Source of the DNA: a virus
Taxonomy: Duplodnaviria; Caudoviricetes
Strand: one strand, 5' to 3'
IMG/VR virus record: IMGVR_UViG_3300035701_000030
Coordinates: 1 to 61,499 of that record
Length of the DNA: 61,499 bases
Below, in pieces: positions 20,899-30,083 of the stretch. How positions within the stretch are numbered: the first letter of the stretch is position 1; the number at the start of each line of letters is the position of its first letter. The notes below the pieces were generated by a model. It made no database searches. It saw only the letters and a program-made list of their open reading frames with translations, and was not told the origin of the DNA. A program made the translations under genes and the position numbers.

Positions 20899-21583
20899 AG
20901 TAAATCAACTAGGCAAAACATTACAGAAAACTAGAAATGAAGTAAATCAAAATGCCCGACGTGGGGCAGAAAATTTTCCAACTCCTGAGATTTCGGTTAA
21001 AGATTTCAATAGATTATTTACGTATAAAAAAACGTTTGAAGCGCACTCAGATGCCTTAGTCCGTCTTAACGTCGGGTTAAAAGAAATTACCACGCCTTGT
21101 TCTGTTAATCCCCCTATAATTAATAAGTGGTGTAGGTTGAAATTTAATGATGCCGGAATACCGGGCACTATGCTTGAAAGTAACGGTGAATTTATTCTTA
21201 ATGGTGACGGTACGATAACTGTGCCGGATAGCGGCTGCTACTCAATAACACTTACCTCTGCTGCTTGGGGGCTATCTTATACTGCGGGGCTGTCTCAATT
21301 TGCTTCTTTCTATCATAACTATAAGGTAGTAAAGTCTTATACCAAGTATGCTACAGGGTTTATTTCTATTTTAGGCCCATTAATATGGGTAATTCCATCT
21401 ATTACCCACCTATATCAAGTTATAGAAGCTAAGGCAGGAGATACATTAAGTGCATCCCTATCAGAGAATATAGGTGGGTTATGTTCAGGAACTTGGTGGG
21501 GATGTTTACTACATAACGCATTCTTCGGGCTTTCTAATACTTGGATTAAAATTGATTTAATAGCTCTAGCGGAGAGTGTATAA
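20891..21583 (+). CDS. Tail-tip / receptor-binding protein (paralogue 2; C1q/TNF-like head)
   Basis: DGTITVPDSGCYSI..AKAGDTL pattern of trimeric jelly-roll heads. Confidence 0.55.
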   Translation: MDKVNQLGKTLQKTRNEVNQNARRGAENFPTPEISVKDFNRLFTYKKTFEAHSDALVRLNVGLKEITTPCSVNPPIINKWCRLKFNDAGIPGTMLESNGEFILNGDGTITVPDSGCYSITLTSAAWGLSYTAGLSQFASFYHNYKVVKSYTKYATGFISILGPLIWVIPSITHLYQVIEAKAGDTLSASLSENIGGLCSGTWWGCLLHNAFFGLSNTWIKIDLIALAESV

Positions 21584-22842
21584 TGAGAGGTTTACGTAAA
21601 ATAGGGGAATCCCTACAAAAAGATGCTACCGAAACTGCTCATAATACACGCAGAATTGCCGCTAATTTGCCTTTAATCGAGAGAAAGTTAGACATAGTAT
21701 CAGGCGATACTAATTATAAGTTAGAGTTTCCTATAACAGAAAGAAGTCACGCTGTTAGTTTAAACATACAGATAAAGCCAGATAATTGCTGTGATTGTTT
21801 ACCGGGGGCAGAGCCAGCTAGGAGATACATGACGGGATATGCCGACTACTTCTGGAATGAGCAACTTCAAATTATACATGATCCTAGTGGCCATCCTGAA
21901 TTAGACTCTTATCCGCCACACCAACAGGAAAGTGGAGTGGACTATCGAGCAAGATACCATGATCCCCTAGATACAGAGGGAAGTATTACAAACATATGGT
22001 TTGCTTGGGAAAACTATCCTTGGTTCTTCCCAACAGTTGAAAATAACTGGAACTATGGACAATTTCTACCCATGCTTGATGGGGGAATAAGGGTTCCTGT
22101 TAATGGCGTATACACCATGATATTTAGAAACAGGGCAGGAGGAGGTACAACAGATAGTAGCCAAATCGTAGCCTCTATAAAGCGCCTACCTAATGGGGAA
22201 GATACATTTGATCCTACTAAGTGGGAAACTATCTCTAGGAAAATATACTCTACTGCTAGGGAAAATATTTGCACATATATTCCTCTAAGTTGGGCATTAG
22301 GGTGGGGATGGAATCCTGATCCTATAGATATTATTACAGTAGGTGGGGGAGAGTACGCTAAATGTTGCGCCTCTTATGGGCGAAATATAAACTTTGGCCC
22401 AACAGTTATTGAGCGCATAGGGGGACTTTACATAGAAGTTTATGCCTATTGCGTACCACTTAATGAGGGCGATCTTATAGGCGGCTGGCTAAAAGCTACT
22501 GATGTAAATAGTTGGAAACCTAGTGAGTCCAACGGAGCAGAGTCTAGTACTACAATGATTGATTTAATCGGATTAGGTTTTGGAGCATTAACGGGATTAA
22601 TAACCCACGATAATACCGGGCAACCCTTAGAGGGAGTTACAGTAGTTGCTAATAATGGATCAACATCGTTTGAGACACTTACGAATGATGAGGGTAGGTA
22701 TACCTTTTATGATTTAACTCCTGATTTAACTTATACAGTTACTATATCTAAGAATGGGTACTTTACTCAGTCCAAAACTATTAAAATAGTATTTAATGTA
22801 TTAGTGGAGTTAGATTTTATAATATTACACGTACCACAGTAG
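21583..22842 (+). CDS. Tail-tip protein (paralogue 3) with C-terminal carboxypeptidase-regulatory-like domain
   Basis: IRVPVNGVY..LNEGDLI head; C-terminal TGQPLEGVTV..TNDEGRYTFYDL..YTVTISKNGY. Confidence 0.6.
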   Translation: MRGLRKIGESLQKDATETAHNTRRIAANLPLIERKLDIVSGDTNYKLEFPITERSHAVSLNIQIKPDNCCDCLPGAEPARRYMTGYADYFWNEQLQIIHDPSGHPELDSYPPHQQESGVDYRARYHDPLDTEGSITNIWFAWENYPWFFPTVENNWNYGQFLPMLDGGIRVPVNGVYTMIFRNRAGGGTTDSSQIVASIKRLPNGEDTFDPTKWETISRKIYSTARENICTYIPLSWALGWGWNPDPIDIITVGGGEYAKCCASYGRNINFGPTVIERIGGLYIEVYAYCVPLNEGDLIGGWLKATDVNSWKPSESNGAESSTTMIDLIGLGFGALTGLITHDNTGQPLEGVTVVANNGSTSFETLTNDEGRYTFYDLTPDLTYTVTISKNGYFTQSKTIKIVFNVLVELDFIILHVPQ

Positions 22843-22853
22843 GAGATTAAACT

Positions 22854-23117
22854 ATGGCGTATCCAACAGGACTTAAGATTTTTGTGGACGGAATTGATGC
22901 AACATACTATATATTTGGCAAAAATACGTTTGATCCAGACGATATAACTAATACAGTTAGGGGTATTGATATAACTCCCTATTTAAGAAAGGCCAGAATA
23001 TCTAGCTCAACGGATAGAAACTATCGTAGCGATCCTTCTCAGTCTAATCTACATACGATTGAAATTACCGCTGAGGATGGAAATGGTCGTGTGGAATGCC
23101 GTGTGGAAGTGAGGTAG
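22854..23117 (+). CDS. Small virion/tail protein
   Basis: SD AGGAG; IDITPYL..HTIEI beta pattern. Confidence 0.5.
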   Translation: MAYPTGLKIFVDGIDATYYIFGKNTFDPDDITNTVRGIDITPYLRKARISSSTDRNYRSDPSQSNLHTIEITAEDGNGRVECRVEVR

Positions 23118-23122
23118 AATAG

Positions 23123-23335
23123 ATGGGGAAAATATCGTGGAGTATAGCGTCCTCAATAGATAAGGACTATATATTCGAATTAGCTACTACTAAGGGCTGG
23201 CTAAACAATCCGCCTTTGGTACAAGTTAAGAAGTATAAGGGGCTAGAAGAGTGGTACGTTATTGAGCCATATGAGGAGCATTGTAATTGCCCCAATTTAG
23301 TATATCCACCAGAGGAGCTACAAAATGCCAGATAA
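23123..23335 (+). CDS. Hypothetical protein
   Basis: SD GAGG, tightly packed. Confidence 0.55.
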   Translation: MGKISWSIASSIDKDYIFELATTKGWLNNPPLVQVKKYKGLEEWYVIEPYEEHCNCPNLVYPPEELQNAR

Positions 23336-23507
23336 AGAAATCTTAGAGGCTATAGAACAACGAATAAATCAAGCACATCTTGATAAGGCTGATGAAGAAT
23401 TAACTCAGGCAGAGTGGGATCGTGAATACCTATTTGGGCTTTTTATGGTCTATCTTAAGGAAGCTATAGTAGAGCTAATATCGCAGGGATTAGTGTTAGG
23501 AGATTAA
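23325..23507 (+). CDS. Hypothetical protein
   Basis: SD GAGGAG, overlaps previous gene. Confidence 0.55.
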   Translation: MPDKEILEAIEQRINQAHLDKADEELTQAEWDREYLFGLFMVYLKEAIVELISQGLVLGD

Positions 23508-24698
23508 ATGAGGATATTCTATGTTGGAGATTCGCCTACAGTTGATACAGGCTTTGGCGTGGTTTCCAAAAATTTAATAAGTCGTTTTTATAATATGGGC
23601 TATGAAATAATAGTTTTGGGTATAAACCATAGGGGAGAGCCTTACGATCCAAAGTTATTTCCATATCCCATTCATCCTACAGCCGGATCTAATTTAGACT
23701 CAATGTACGGTTATTCAAAATTTTGGGATCTATACGACCACCTTAAACCAGATATTGTGTTCTTTTTAAATGATCCGTGGGTTATAAGTCAGTACCTCGA
23801 TACAAAACCACAAGATCACCCCGGAATATCTAGGGGAACTAAAACTGTGGGATATTACCCCACGGATGCTGGACCAATAAAAAAAGAGTGGGTAGATACG
23901 CTAAATAAGCTAGATGCTCAAGTCTGTTACTCCAACTACGCAGAAGGCGTAGTAATAGAATCCAATGGGGGAAAGAGGCCATCTAACTTACATCAGATAT
24001 ATCATGGAGTAAATAGGGACGAGTTTTTTCCTGTTAACCAGAGCATTGCTAGAGCAATGCTTAAGATAGATCAAAATGAATTCGTGGTGGGGATGGTTGC
24101 GCGTAATCAGTTTAGAAAACGCTTTGATCTTCTACTGAAAGCGTTTCAAATATTTGCAAAGGGCAAACCAGAGGCTAGATTATATCTACATACAGCTATG
24201 TTCGATGTTGGGTTTGATATTAGTGAATTAATAAGGCAATTAAAATTAGATAAGAAGGTGTATGTAACAAAGGAACTTAGATCCGATAAAGGAGTTCCTG
24301 TGAAAGACCTAAATATTATTTATAATACATTCGATGTGAATGCTTTGATTAGTTTAGGAGATGGGTTCGGACTTCCAGTAGCTGAGAGTATGGCTACAGG
24401 GTGCCCACAGGTCGTAAGCGGCCACTCCTGCCTTAAAGAGTTGGTAGAGGGGCATGGAGGCTTGACTGTTAAAACCTCCGCTTGGATACTTAATACTTCG
24501 GGTATTAATACATGGGGAGGAGTATCTGATGTAGATGATATTGTTGCGCAATTAGAGGTATTATATAAGAACAGGGAGTTACGTATTAGAATGTCAGAAG
24601 AAGGCTATAAATTTATATCGCAAGAAAAGTTTACTTGGGATTTTGCGGCTAATAAATTTCAAGAAATATTTAAAAATCTATTCCATTTAATCAACTAG
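23508..24698 (+). CDS. Glycosyltransferase family 4 (GT-B)
   Basis: TGFG N-terminus, IYHGV, RNQFRKRFD, GDGFGLPVAESMATGCP motif. Confidence 0.9.
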   Translation: MRIFYVGDSPTVDTGFGVVSKNLISRFYNMGYEIIVLGINHRGEPYDPKLFPYPIHPTAGSNLDSMYGYSKFWDLYDHLKPDIVFFLNDPWVISQYLDTKPQDHPGISRGTKTVGYYPTDAGPIKKEWVDTLNKLDAQVCYSNYAEGVVIESNGGKRPSNLHQIYHGVNRDEFFPVNQSIARAMLKIDQNEFVVGMVARNQFRKRFDLLLKAFQIFAKGKPEARLYLHTAMFDVGFDISELIRQLKLDKKVYVTKELRSDKGVPVKDLNIIYNTFDVNALISLGDGFGLPVAESMATGCPQVVSGHSCLKELVEGHGGLTVKTSAWILNTSGINTWGGVSDVDDIVAQLEVLYKNRELRIRMSEEGYKFISQEKFTWDFAANKFQEIFKNLFHLIN

Positions 24699-24705
24699 AA
24701 AGGAG

Positions 24706-25350
24706 GTGATAGTATTGAAGTCACTAGACATATTAGATTATGCGCCTAGATTTCAATTTGGGCAAGCGGGAGTGCCTTGGTCGCTACAGAAAGTAGCATG
24801 TACTGATACTTGTGTTCAAATGATAATTCACTATTTTAAGGATAGGCTTATATCACTTAACGAAGTTAGACGAGATTCTGGACAAGTGCCGGGTAGGGGC
24901 TTAAAAGTTTCTCAGTCATTAAGAGCATTACAACTAAATGGTGTATCTAGTTATAGATGGGATGTAGGCTATAATAGAGCCAACATGATATCTAGATTAA
25001 AATTAGGGCCAGTAATAGCATCTGTAAACTATAGATATTATCCGGCATGGGCTGGACATTGTTCTAATACGACCAGCAAGGCTGAAATGGGAGGGAAAAC
25101 AGACTGTTATTTTACAGGCTCTCATGCTGTATTAGTTATTAAGGCAATTCCTATTTATAGAGGTAGTAAAGTTACTGGGTACGAGTATCTTGTACGCGAT
25201 CCAGACCACGACTCCCCCGGTAGATCAGAGAAACCTAACTACGATAGAATTTCCGAAGCACAATTAAAGAAAGCTATGGAGTACATTACTTACTTACCCG
25301 GATGGGATAAACCAACAGTCGTTTATTCAGTTAAAAAGAAAACATTATAA
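24706..25350 (+). CDS. Peptidase C39-like (papain-fold) protein, candidate endolysin
   Basis: Q..ACTDTC (Cys), GSHAVLV (His), VRDP (Asp); next to holin. Confidence 0.65.
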   Translation: MIVLKSLDILDYAPRFQFGQAGVPWSLQKVACTDTCVQMIIHYFKDRLISLNEVRRDSGQVPGRGLKVSQSLRALQLNGVSSYRWDVGYNRANMISRLKLGPVIASVNYRYYPAWAGHCSNTTSKAEMGGKTDCYFTGSHAVLVIKAIPIYRGSKVTGYEYLVRDPDHDSPGRSEKPNYDRISEAQLKKAMEYITYLPGWDKPTVVYSVKKKTL

Positions 25351-25362
25351 GGAGTTGATATT

Positions 25363-25653
25363 ATGCCACAAGGTATTCTTATTCCGTATACGCTACTTGA
25401 AAAGATTCCGTTAATAGGAAATCTTACATCTAATCAGAAAGCAGTTTTATATCGGGCATTAAAGGCAGCAGTTGCTACATTTATCTCGATACTATTAGTT
25501 GCTGCTACAAGTGGAGTTCTGTTTCCTGCTGAATGGAGTCCAATAATTATTATTGCTGCTACAACTATTCTACAGGCAGTAGATAAGGCGCTTCGATCTG
25601 TTCCAGACGAGCCGCCACCAACAGATGAAATTCCTGAAGAAATTCCCGCGTAG
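25363..25653 (+). CDS. Putative holin
   Basis: 96 aa, two TM segments, RALKAAVATF pattern, charged C-terminus; SD AAGGAG. Confidence 0.65.
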   Translation: MPQGILIPYTLLEKIPLIGNLTSNQKAVLYRALKAAVATFISILLVAATSGVLFPAEWSPIIIIAATTILQAVDKALRSVPDEPPPTDEIPEEIPA

Positions 25654-25713
25654 TATAATAATATATGCTAATATTATACTATATATGCTAATATAGCTGT
25701 GTAACATACACAG
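25651..25713. repeat. AT-rich direct and inverted repeats
   Basis: ATATATGCTAATAT x2 (25661, 25681); IR TAGTATAATA/TATTATACTA; IR CTGTGTA-ACA-TACACAG. Confidence 0.8.
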
Positions 25714-25730
25714 TGTAAAGGATTTTACCA

Positions 25731-25770
25731 CAAGCCCTTCCCGAAGTCAAGTCGGGGAGGGCTTGTTTTT
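25731..25770 (+). terminator. Rho-independent terminator ending late operon
   Basis: CAAGCCCTTCCCGA-loop-TCGGGGAGGGCTTG then TTTTT. Confidence 0.85.
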
Positions 25771-25797
25771 AGGGTAGCCAAAGGATCATAGTTAGTG

Positions 25798-25897
25798 TGT
25801 GCGGAGAGGAAGCACGCGGTTGCAAACGTTGAGTGGTATGCGCAAGGTCTTTTTAGTTAGTAGTAGCGGCTAGAAAGATATTCGGGAACTCCGCACA
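25798..25897 (+). ncRNA. Candidate ~100-nt structured RNA upstream of SSB
   Basis: Closing stem TGTGCGGAG/CTCCGCACA; internal stem TCTTTTTAGTT/GGCTAGAAAGA with G-U pairs; no ORF. Confidence 0.4.
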
Positions 25898-25994
25898 AAT
25901 AATTTCATCTACTTTTATTAGGAGAGTGAGTATGAGTTAAAGTCCAATAGCTACAATAGCCATATGACCAAACATATCTTAGGAGAAGATTAAA

Positions 25995-26741
25995 ATGCCA
26001 TTTGCTGAAATAGCGCCAGTTAAATCCTATGTAGAGACGCGAAAGCGTACCTCAGCAGCGTATGTAAAGTTTACAGAAGATTATCGAATTACACTTCGAA
26101 TGCTCAATGTCGGTGCCCGCACCATTTGGAAGCATTGGATTCCACAGGCCAATAAGGGAATTGGTATGTCTGCCAATTGTCCTAACGTTCGTGCAGATAT
26201 GTCTGTTTGCCCGCTGGAGGCGGGAGTCAAGGGTCTTGCTAAAGATGATCCTGTTCGTAGGGATGCCGTAGCACGACGAAGGTTTGTTGTTAACGTTCTA
26301 GATCGGACCCCGTATACCACATGCAGCGCATGTAATACAGATACACCGGGTAAGGTGTGCATTAATTGTGGTAATGATTTGAAGAAGGGGCATGATTTTA
26401 AGCCCCTTAATAAAGTCAAGATTATGGAAGGGGGTGTGCAGCTTTTCAACTACTCCTTGAATCCAATTCAAGAAATGCAACAGGAGGACCATAACGCTGA
26501 TATTACGGAATACGATATCGTATTTACAACTGCTGGAACAGGCCGGGACAAAAAGATTGCAGCCATACCGCAAAAACCAGAAGCACTTGATGAGAGCGCA
26601 CTTCTAGATCCTGAAACGGGAGAAGCACAAGCGCTGTTCAATCTTGATGATCTAGCGGAACCAACACCTATCGAGGAAATCGAAATGATGCTAAAGGGTG
26701 CCACAATGCAGGAGATTAATGAGGCACGCGGGATCAAGTAA
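25995..26741 (+). CDS. Single-stranded DNA-binding protein, T4 gp32-like, with extra Zn ribbon
   Basis: HWI..CP..CPL, RRFVVNVLDR, YDIVF..GTG; inserted CSAC..CINC; heads replication module. Confidence 0.65.
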   Translation: MPFAEIAPVKSYVETRKRTSAAYVKFTEDYRITLRMLNVGARTIWKHWIPQANKGIGMSANCPNVRADMSVCPLEAGVKGLAKDDPVRRDAVARRRFVVNVLDRTPYTTCSACNTDTPGKVCINCGNDLKKGHDFKPLNKVKIMEGGVQLFNYSLNPIQEMQQEDHNADITEYDIVFTTAGTGRDKKIAAIPQKPEALDESALLDPETGEAQALFNLDDLAEPTPIEEIEMMLKGATMQEINEARGIK

Positions 26742-26941
26742 TGAAGACAGCTTATTTTCTTGCCGAGTTGGATTTTGATAGTAGATATACTTTACAGGAG
26801 ATAAAATTTCACCTAAGGCGGGCGCTTAGCCAATATATTAACGAACTGGAAGATGACGATGAAGATGGTATTCAACTTGGTGAGGTAGCACTACTAGATG
26901 TTGACCCTAGAAAAGTACTTGGAGGAAATACGCAGGGATAA
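26741..26941 (+). CDS. Hypothetical acidic protein
   Basis: TAATG coupling to SSB. Confidence 0.5.
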   Translation: MKTAYFLAELDFDSRYTLQEIKFHLRRALSQYINELEDDDEDGIQLGEVALLDVDPRKVLGGNTQG

Positions 26942-27278
26942 AAAAGCTGGCTGGTCAAGAGTGTTTTCGGACATTCTTGGCCAGCCTCTTTCTGATAAGG
27001 AAAGATTTTTAAAGGTCGTAGATAATTATGGCGATCTTATTGTCTTTGAATCCCTAGTTGTTACCTCTTCTAAGCGGCTAACAGCCGACCCGTTGAACTA
27101 TGTAATAGCCGTTGCTAATCAAAAGTGGAGGGATGATTTAATTAGTCAAGCAAAGGCTGATGAGGACTCCATTAAAACAAATAGAGCAATTGAGAATTCC
27201 AAGAATGCAAATCAGTTGCTCTATGAAAAAATAGAGGAAGCTAAACGGAGGATTCATGCAGCAGACGATACCGTTTAA
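26898..27278 (+). CDS. Hypothetical protein, possible helicase loader/DnaD-like
   Basis: PLNYVIAVANQKW resembles DnaD-type Y...I..W; just before DnaB. Confidence 0.4.
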   Translation: MLTLEKYLEEIRRDKKAGWSRVFSDILGQPLSDKERFLKVVDNYGDLIVFESLVVTSSKRLTADPLNYVIAVANQKWRDDLISQAKADEDSIKTNRAIENSKNANQLLYEKIEEAKRRIHAADDTV

Positions 27279-27292
27279 TATTGGTAATAGCT

Positions 27293-28606
27293 ATGAGTAA
27301 TGTGGTCCCCTTCAATGAGGAATTTGAAAAAGCAGTAATTGTAGGAGTATTAGCAGATCCTTCATTATTTCCCCGTGTTTCGCTTATTGTGCTGGAGGAT
27401 GATTTTTATAAGGACGTTCATAAGGAAATCTACCGCGCAATTTCTGAGTTAGAAACTGATCAAATAGACTCTCTTACAGTCCAAGATAAGTTAAAGGATA
27501 AAACAAAGGAGTATTTTAGCACACTTATTAAAGATAGTGATGCTCTTCTTCCAAGTTTATCTAATATTTTGTTCTATGCTGAGCAGATTCGTGGGGATAG
27601 CAAACTAAGAGCAGGAATTGCTTTAGGGCGAGATATTATTACTGCTTGCATAGAGCCAAATGCTATTGCGTCATATACTATCCAAAAATTGGAAGATATG
27701 TTCGCTAAATTTTTACAGAACCGCATTGATGTGGGGGCAAATATACCCACAGGACAAGCGTTCGATGAATTTGTTCAGACACTTGGACAAAAGGTGGACG
27801 ATAAAGAAATCATACGAACAGGATTTTTCGGGATAGATATGATCCTTCATCGAATGGAGGGTTTAATTGTATTAGCAGCTAGGCCGGGTATAGGTAAAAC
27901 TGCTTTAGCTGTAAACATTGCTAGAAATGTTGCTAATGATCGTCCTGTAGCTTTCTTTTCGCTTGAGCAGACAAGGGAGCAGATATTCGAAAGAATGCTT
28001 GCTACAGAATCGGAGGTATCTCTTGAAGAGATACGAACAGGCGCTTTTATAGCGGATGATCGCTCAGTAGAAAAAGTTAATGAGGCTAAGAATAGGTTAA
28101 TCCCTGTCTTAGATCGTATTCATATTGATGAAGAGGCAAGTGTCCCAACAAGTCATATTACGTCTGTTTCAAGACAGAAAAGGCTTGAATGGGGGGATCT
28201 AGGGTTAATCATCGTAGATTACCTACATATTCTTAGGCTAAACGATAAACATATTGTGGATGCCCTTGGGGACGCTACTAAAGAGTTACGAGCACTCGGA
28301 AAAGAGCTAAATTGTCCTGTTCTTTTGTTAAGTCAGCTATCCAGACAAAATGAAACTGTTATCACGGGCGGCGAACAAAAGAGAAGTAAGCGAAGACCAG
28401 AGTTATCTGATCTTCGCTCATCTGGTGAAATTGAACAGTCAGCAGATGTTGTTATCTTTCTCTATCGGGAATCCTATTATGACGATATGGGACAAATGCC
28501 CGAAGAGGATGTTGTTGAGGCAATTGTGCGTAAGCACCGTAATGGTAGAACTGGAGTCGCTCTTCTAAGATGGGTACCCAAATTCGTAAAGTTTAGAGAT
28601 TTGTAA
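27293..28606 (+). CDS. dnaB: Replicative DNA helicase
   Basis: AARPGIGKT, FFSLEQ, IIVDYL, LLSQLSR, RPELSDLRSSGEIEQSADVV, KHRNG. Confidence 0.95.
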   Translation: MSNVVPFNEEFEKAVIVGVLADPSLFPRVSLIVLEDDFYKDVHKEIYRAISELETDQIDSLTVQDKLKDKTKEYFSTLIKDSDALLPSLSNILFYAEQIRGDSKLRAGIALGRDIITACIEPNAIASYTIQKLEDMFAKFLQNRIDVGANIPTGQAFDEFVQTLGQKVDDKEIIRTGFFGIDMILHRMEGLIVLAARPGIGKTALAVNIARNVANDRPVAFFSLEQTREQIFERMLATESEVSLEEIRTGAFIADDRSVEKVNEAKNRLIPVLDRIHIDEEASVPTSHITSVSRQKRLEWGDLGLIIVDYLHILRLNDKHIVDALGDATKELRALGKELNCPVLLLSQLSRQNETVITGGEQKRSKRRPELSDLRSSGEIEQSADVVIFLYRESYYDDMGQMPEEDVVEAIVRKHRNGRTGVALLRWVPKFVKFRDL

Positions 28607-28617
28607 GGTGATATAAC

Positions 28618-29244
28618 TTGGGTAGACTTGTAAGAAGTAAAAAAGAGTATGTATGCTCTAATTGTTCAACTAAATATATAAGATGGCAAGGAATATGTGA
28701 TCAATGTAAAAATGGCGGGACTTTACAAGAAGTAATACTTGTTCCCCCTAAACCTAGGGCTACGCGAAGTCAAAGGTCGATTAATGAGCGCTCCAAGCGA
28801 TCTGAGCGCTCTATAGCTAGGCGTATGCAGGATGTAGATGGGCGTGATCCAGAATTCTCCCGCATATCCTCTTCTACTGGAAGAGTGGGGCATATTACAA
28901 GCCTACAGTTTGATGCTGTGTCCCGTACCTATGTTACAGAGAATAAAAACAGGGCTATGCCTACTTGGTTGATTCAGGCGTGGATCAAGATTAATCAAAG
29001 GGCTATCGACTTTAATAAGCACGCTCTATTGCATATAGAGCCGTCCAACATGCCTAAAACATTCCCCCTTAATGGGGAGCATAAAAACTTAGATACTCTT
29101 GCAGTTATTGGGCAAACGTGGCACGAGTTATTATTAATAAGATCCAAAAAGTTGGAAAAAATAGAAAATTTAGTTCTCTATAACCTCTCTTTGTCGAGCG
29201 ATAAAGTAGTAGGTGAAGTTTCCGAAATATTGAGGGAAGAGTAA
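28618..29244 (+). CDS. RadA-type Zn ribbon fused to PD-(D/E)xK-like (resolvase-like) domain
   Basis: YVCSNC..YIRWQGICDQC..GTLQE; ERSIA..FDAV..TENKN. Confidence 0.5.
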   Translation: MGRLVRSKKEYVCSNCSTKYIRWQGICDQCKNGGTLQEVILVPPKPRATRSQRSINERSKRSERSIARRMQDVDGRDPEFSRISSSTGRVGHITSLQFDAVSRTYVTENKNRAMPTWLIQAWIKINQRAIDFNKHALLHIEPSNMPKTFPLNGEHKNLDTLAVIGQTWHELLLIRSKKLEKIENLVLYNLSLSSDKVVGEVSEILREE

Positions 29245-29245
29245 G

Positions 29246-29599
29246 TTGTCCCAAAAAGTGACAAAGAGACATAACAATCGGTTTTCTACGCTTGAAGTTG
29301 AGTCCCCGGTTGATCTATACTGGATCAATCGCTCTTTAAATAAAGAGAACGACGAAACCATTACGAAGAAAGGGGAGTCTACCATTATTTGTGATGCCTT
29401 TTGGGATGAATTTCTTATCGCCGCCAAAGCCGTATATAAACTTAACCGCGAAGCTGATTTGTTCGATGCCTTCAACTTTGTTAGGGAGCGGTTTCTAGGT
29501 GGCTGGACGATGCTTGAGGACTCAACTTTTATAACAAACATTGATACTCTTATTGAGCGGGAGTATAAAAAAGAAGTGAGGGCCGGAAAGTGGCAGTAA
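29246..29599 (+). CDS. Hypothetical protein
   Basis: 117-aa ORF in packed operon. Confidence 0.55.
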   Translation: MSQKVTKRHNNRFSTLEVESPVDLYWINRSLNKENDETITKKGESTIICDAFWDEFLIAAKAVYKLNREADLFDAFNFVRERFLGGWTMLEDSTFITNIDTLIEREYKKEVRAGKWQ

Positions 29600-29778
29600 A
29601 AGAACCCGTTAGAAAGATAAGGGTCAGATTGTCTGTTGATACAACCACAGATGAGTTTACAGCTATTTTAAAATCCGTCTATAAAATTACAAGGAATGTT
29701 CTTGTAGTGGAGCAAGTTATATATTTGGACAAAGAAGAATATCCTGATTTTGGAATTCAGGAGTCTGCGAGTGTTTAA
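29590..29778 (+). CDS. Hypothetical protein
   Basis: Packed, overlapping neighbours. Confidence 0.5.
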   Translation: MAVKEPVRKIRVRLSVDTTTDEFTAILKSVYKITRNVLVVEQVIYLDKEEYPDFGIQESASV

Positions 29779-30077
29779 TGGATGTAGATATTGATGCCCT
29801 CTATTTGGAAATATCCAAATACCTTTCTGAATTAGATGTTAGAGTTGACGGAGAGCATTTATGGACCAACTATGAAAGTGCTACGGGTATTTTAATCCGC
29901 CTACAAGAGATACACAATGAATTGTCTTATCTGGAGGTCATAGGAAAGGCAAGTCCCGATGTAAAGAAATTTAGAACGGCTATTGTTGACCCAACAATTG
30001 AGCGTTTTGAGCGAATTGCAATGTACGAGTCAAGAAAAATTACAGCAAAAAGTATTGAAGCACAGCTAGATAGGTAA
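29778..30077 (+). CDS. Hypothetical coiled-coil protein
   Basis: TAATG coupling. Confidence 0.55.
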   Translation: MDVDIDALYLEISKYLSELDVRVDGEHLWTNYESATGILIRLQEIHNELSYLEVIGKASPDVKKFRTAIVDPTIERFERIAMYESRKITAKSIEAQLDR

Positions 30078-30083
30078 GGAAAG

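Noticed and set aside
11078-22842. Diversity-generating retroelement acting on tail genes
   Set aside because: No reverse transcriptase and no adenine-specific TR/VR pair seen; repeats are diverged at protein level
25814-25880. c-di-GMP-I riboswitch resemblance (GCAAAC..CGCAA..GTAGCGG)
   Set aside because: Lacks the GNRA tetraloop stem and receptor; kept only as an unknown RNA candidate
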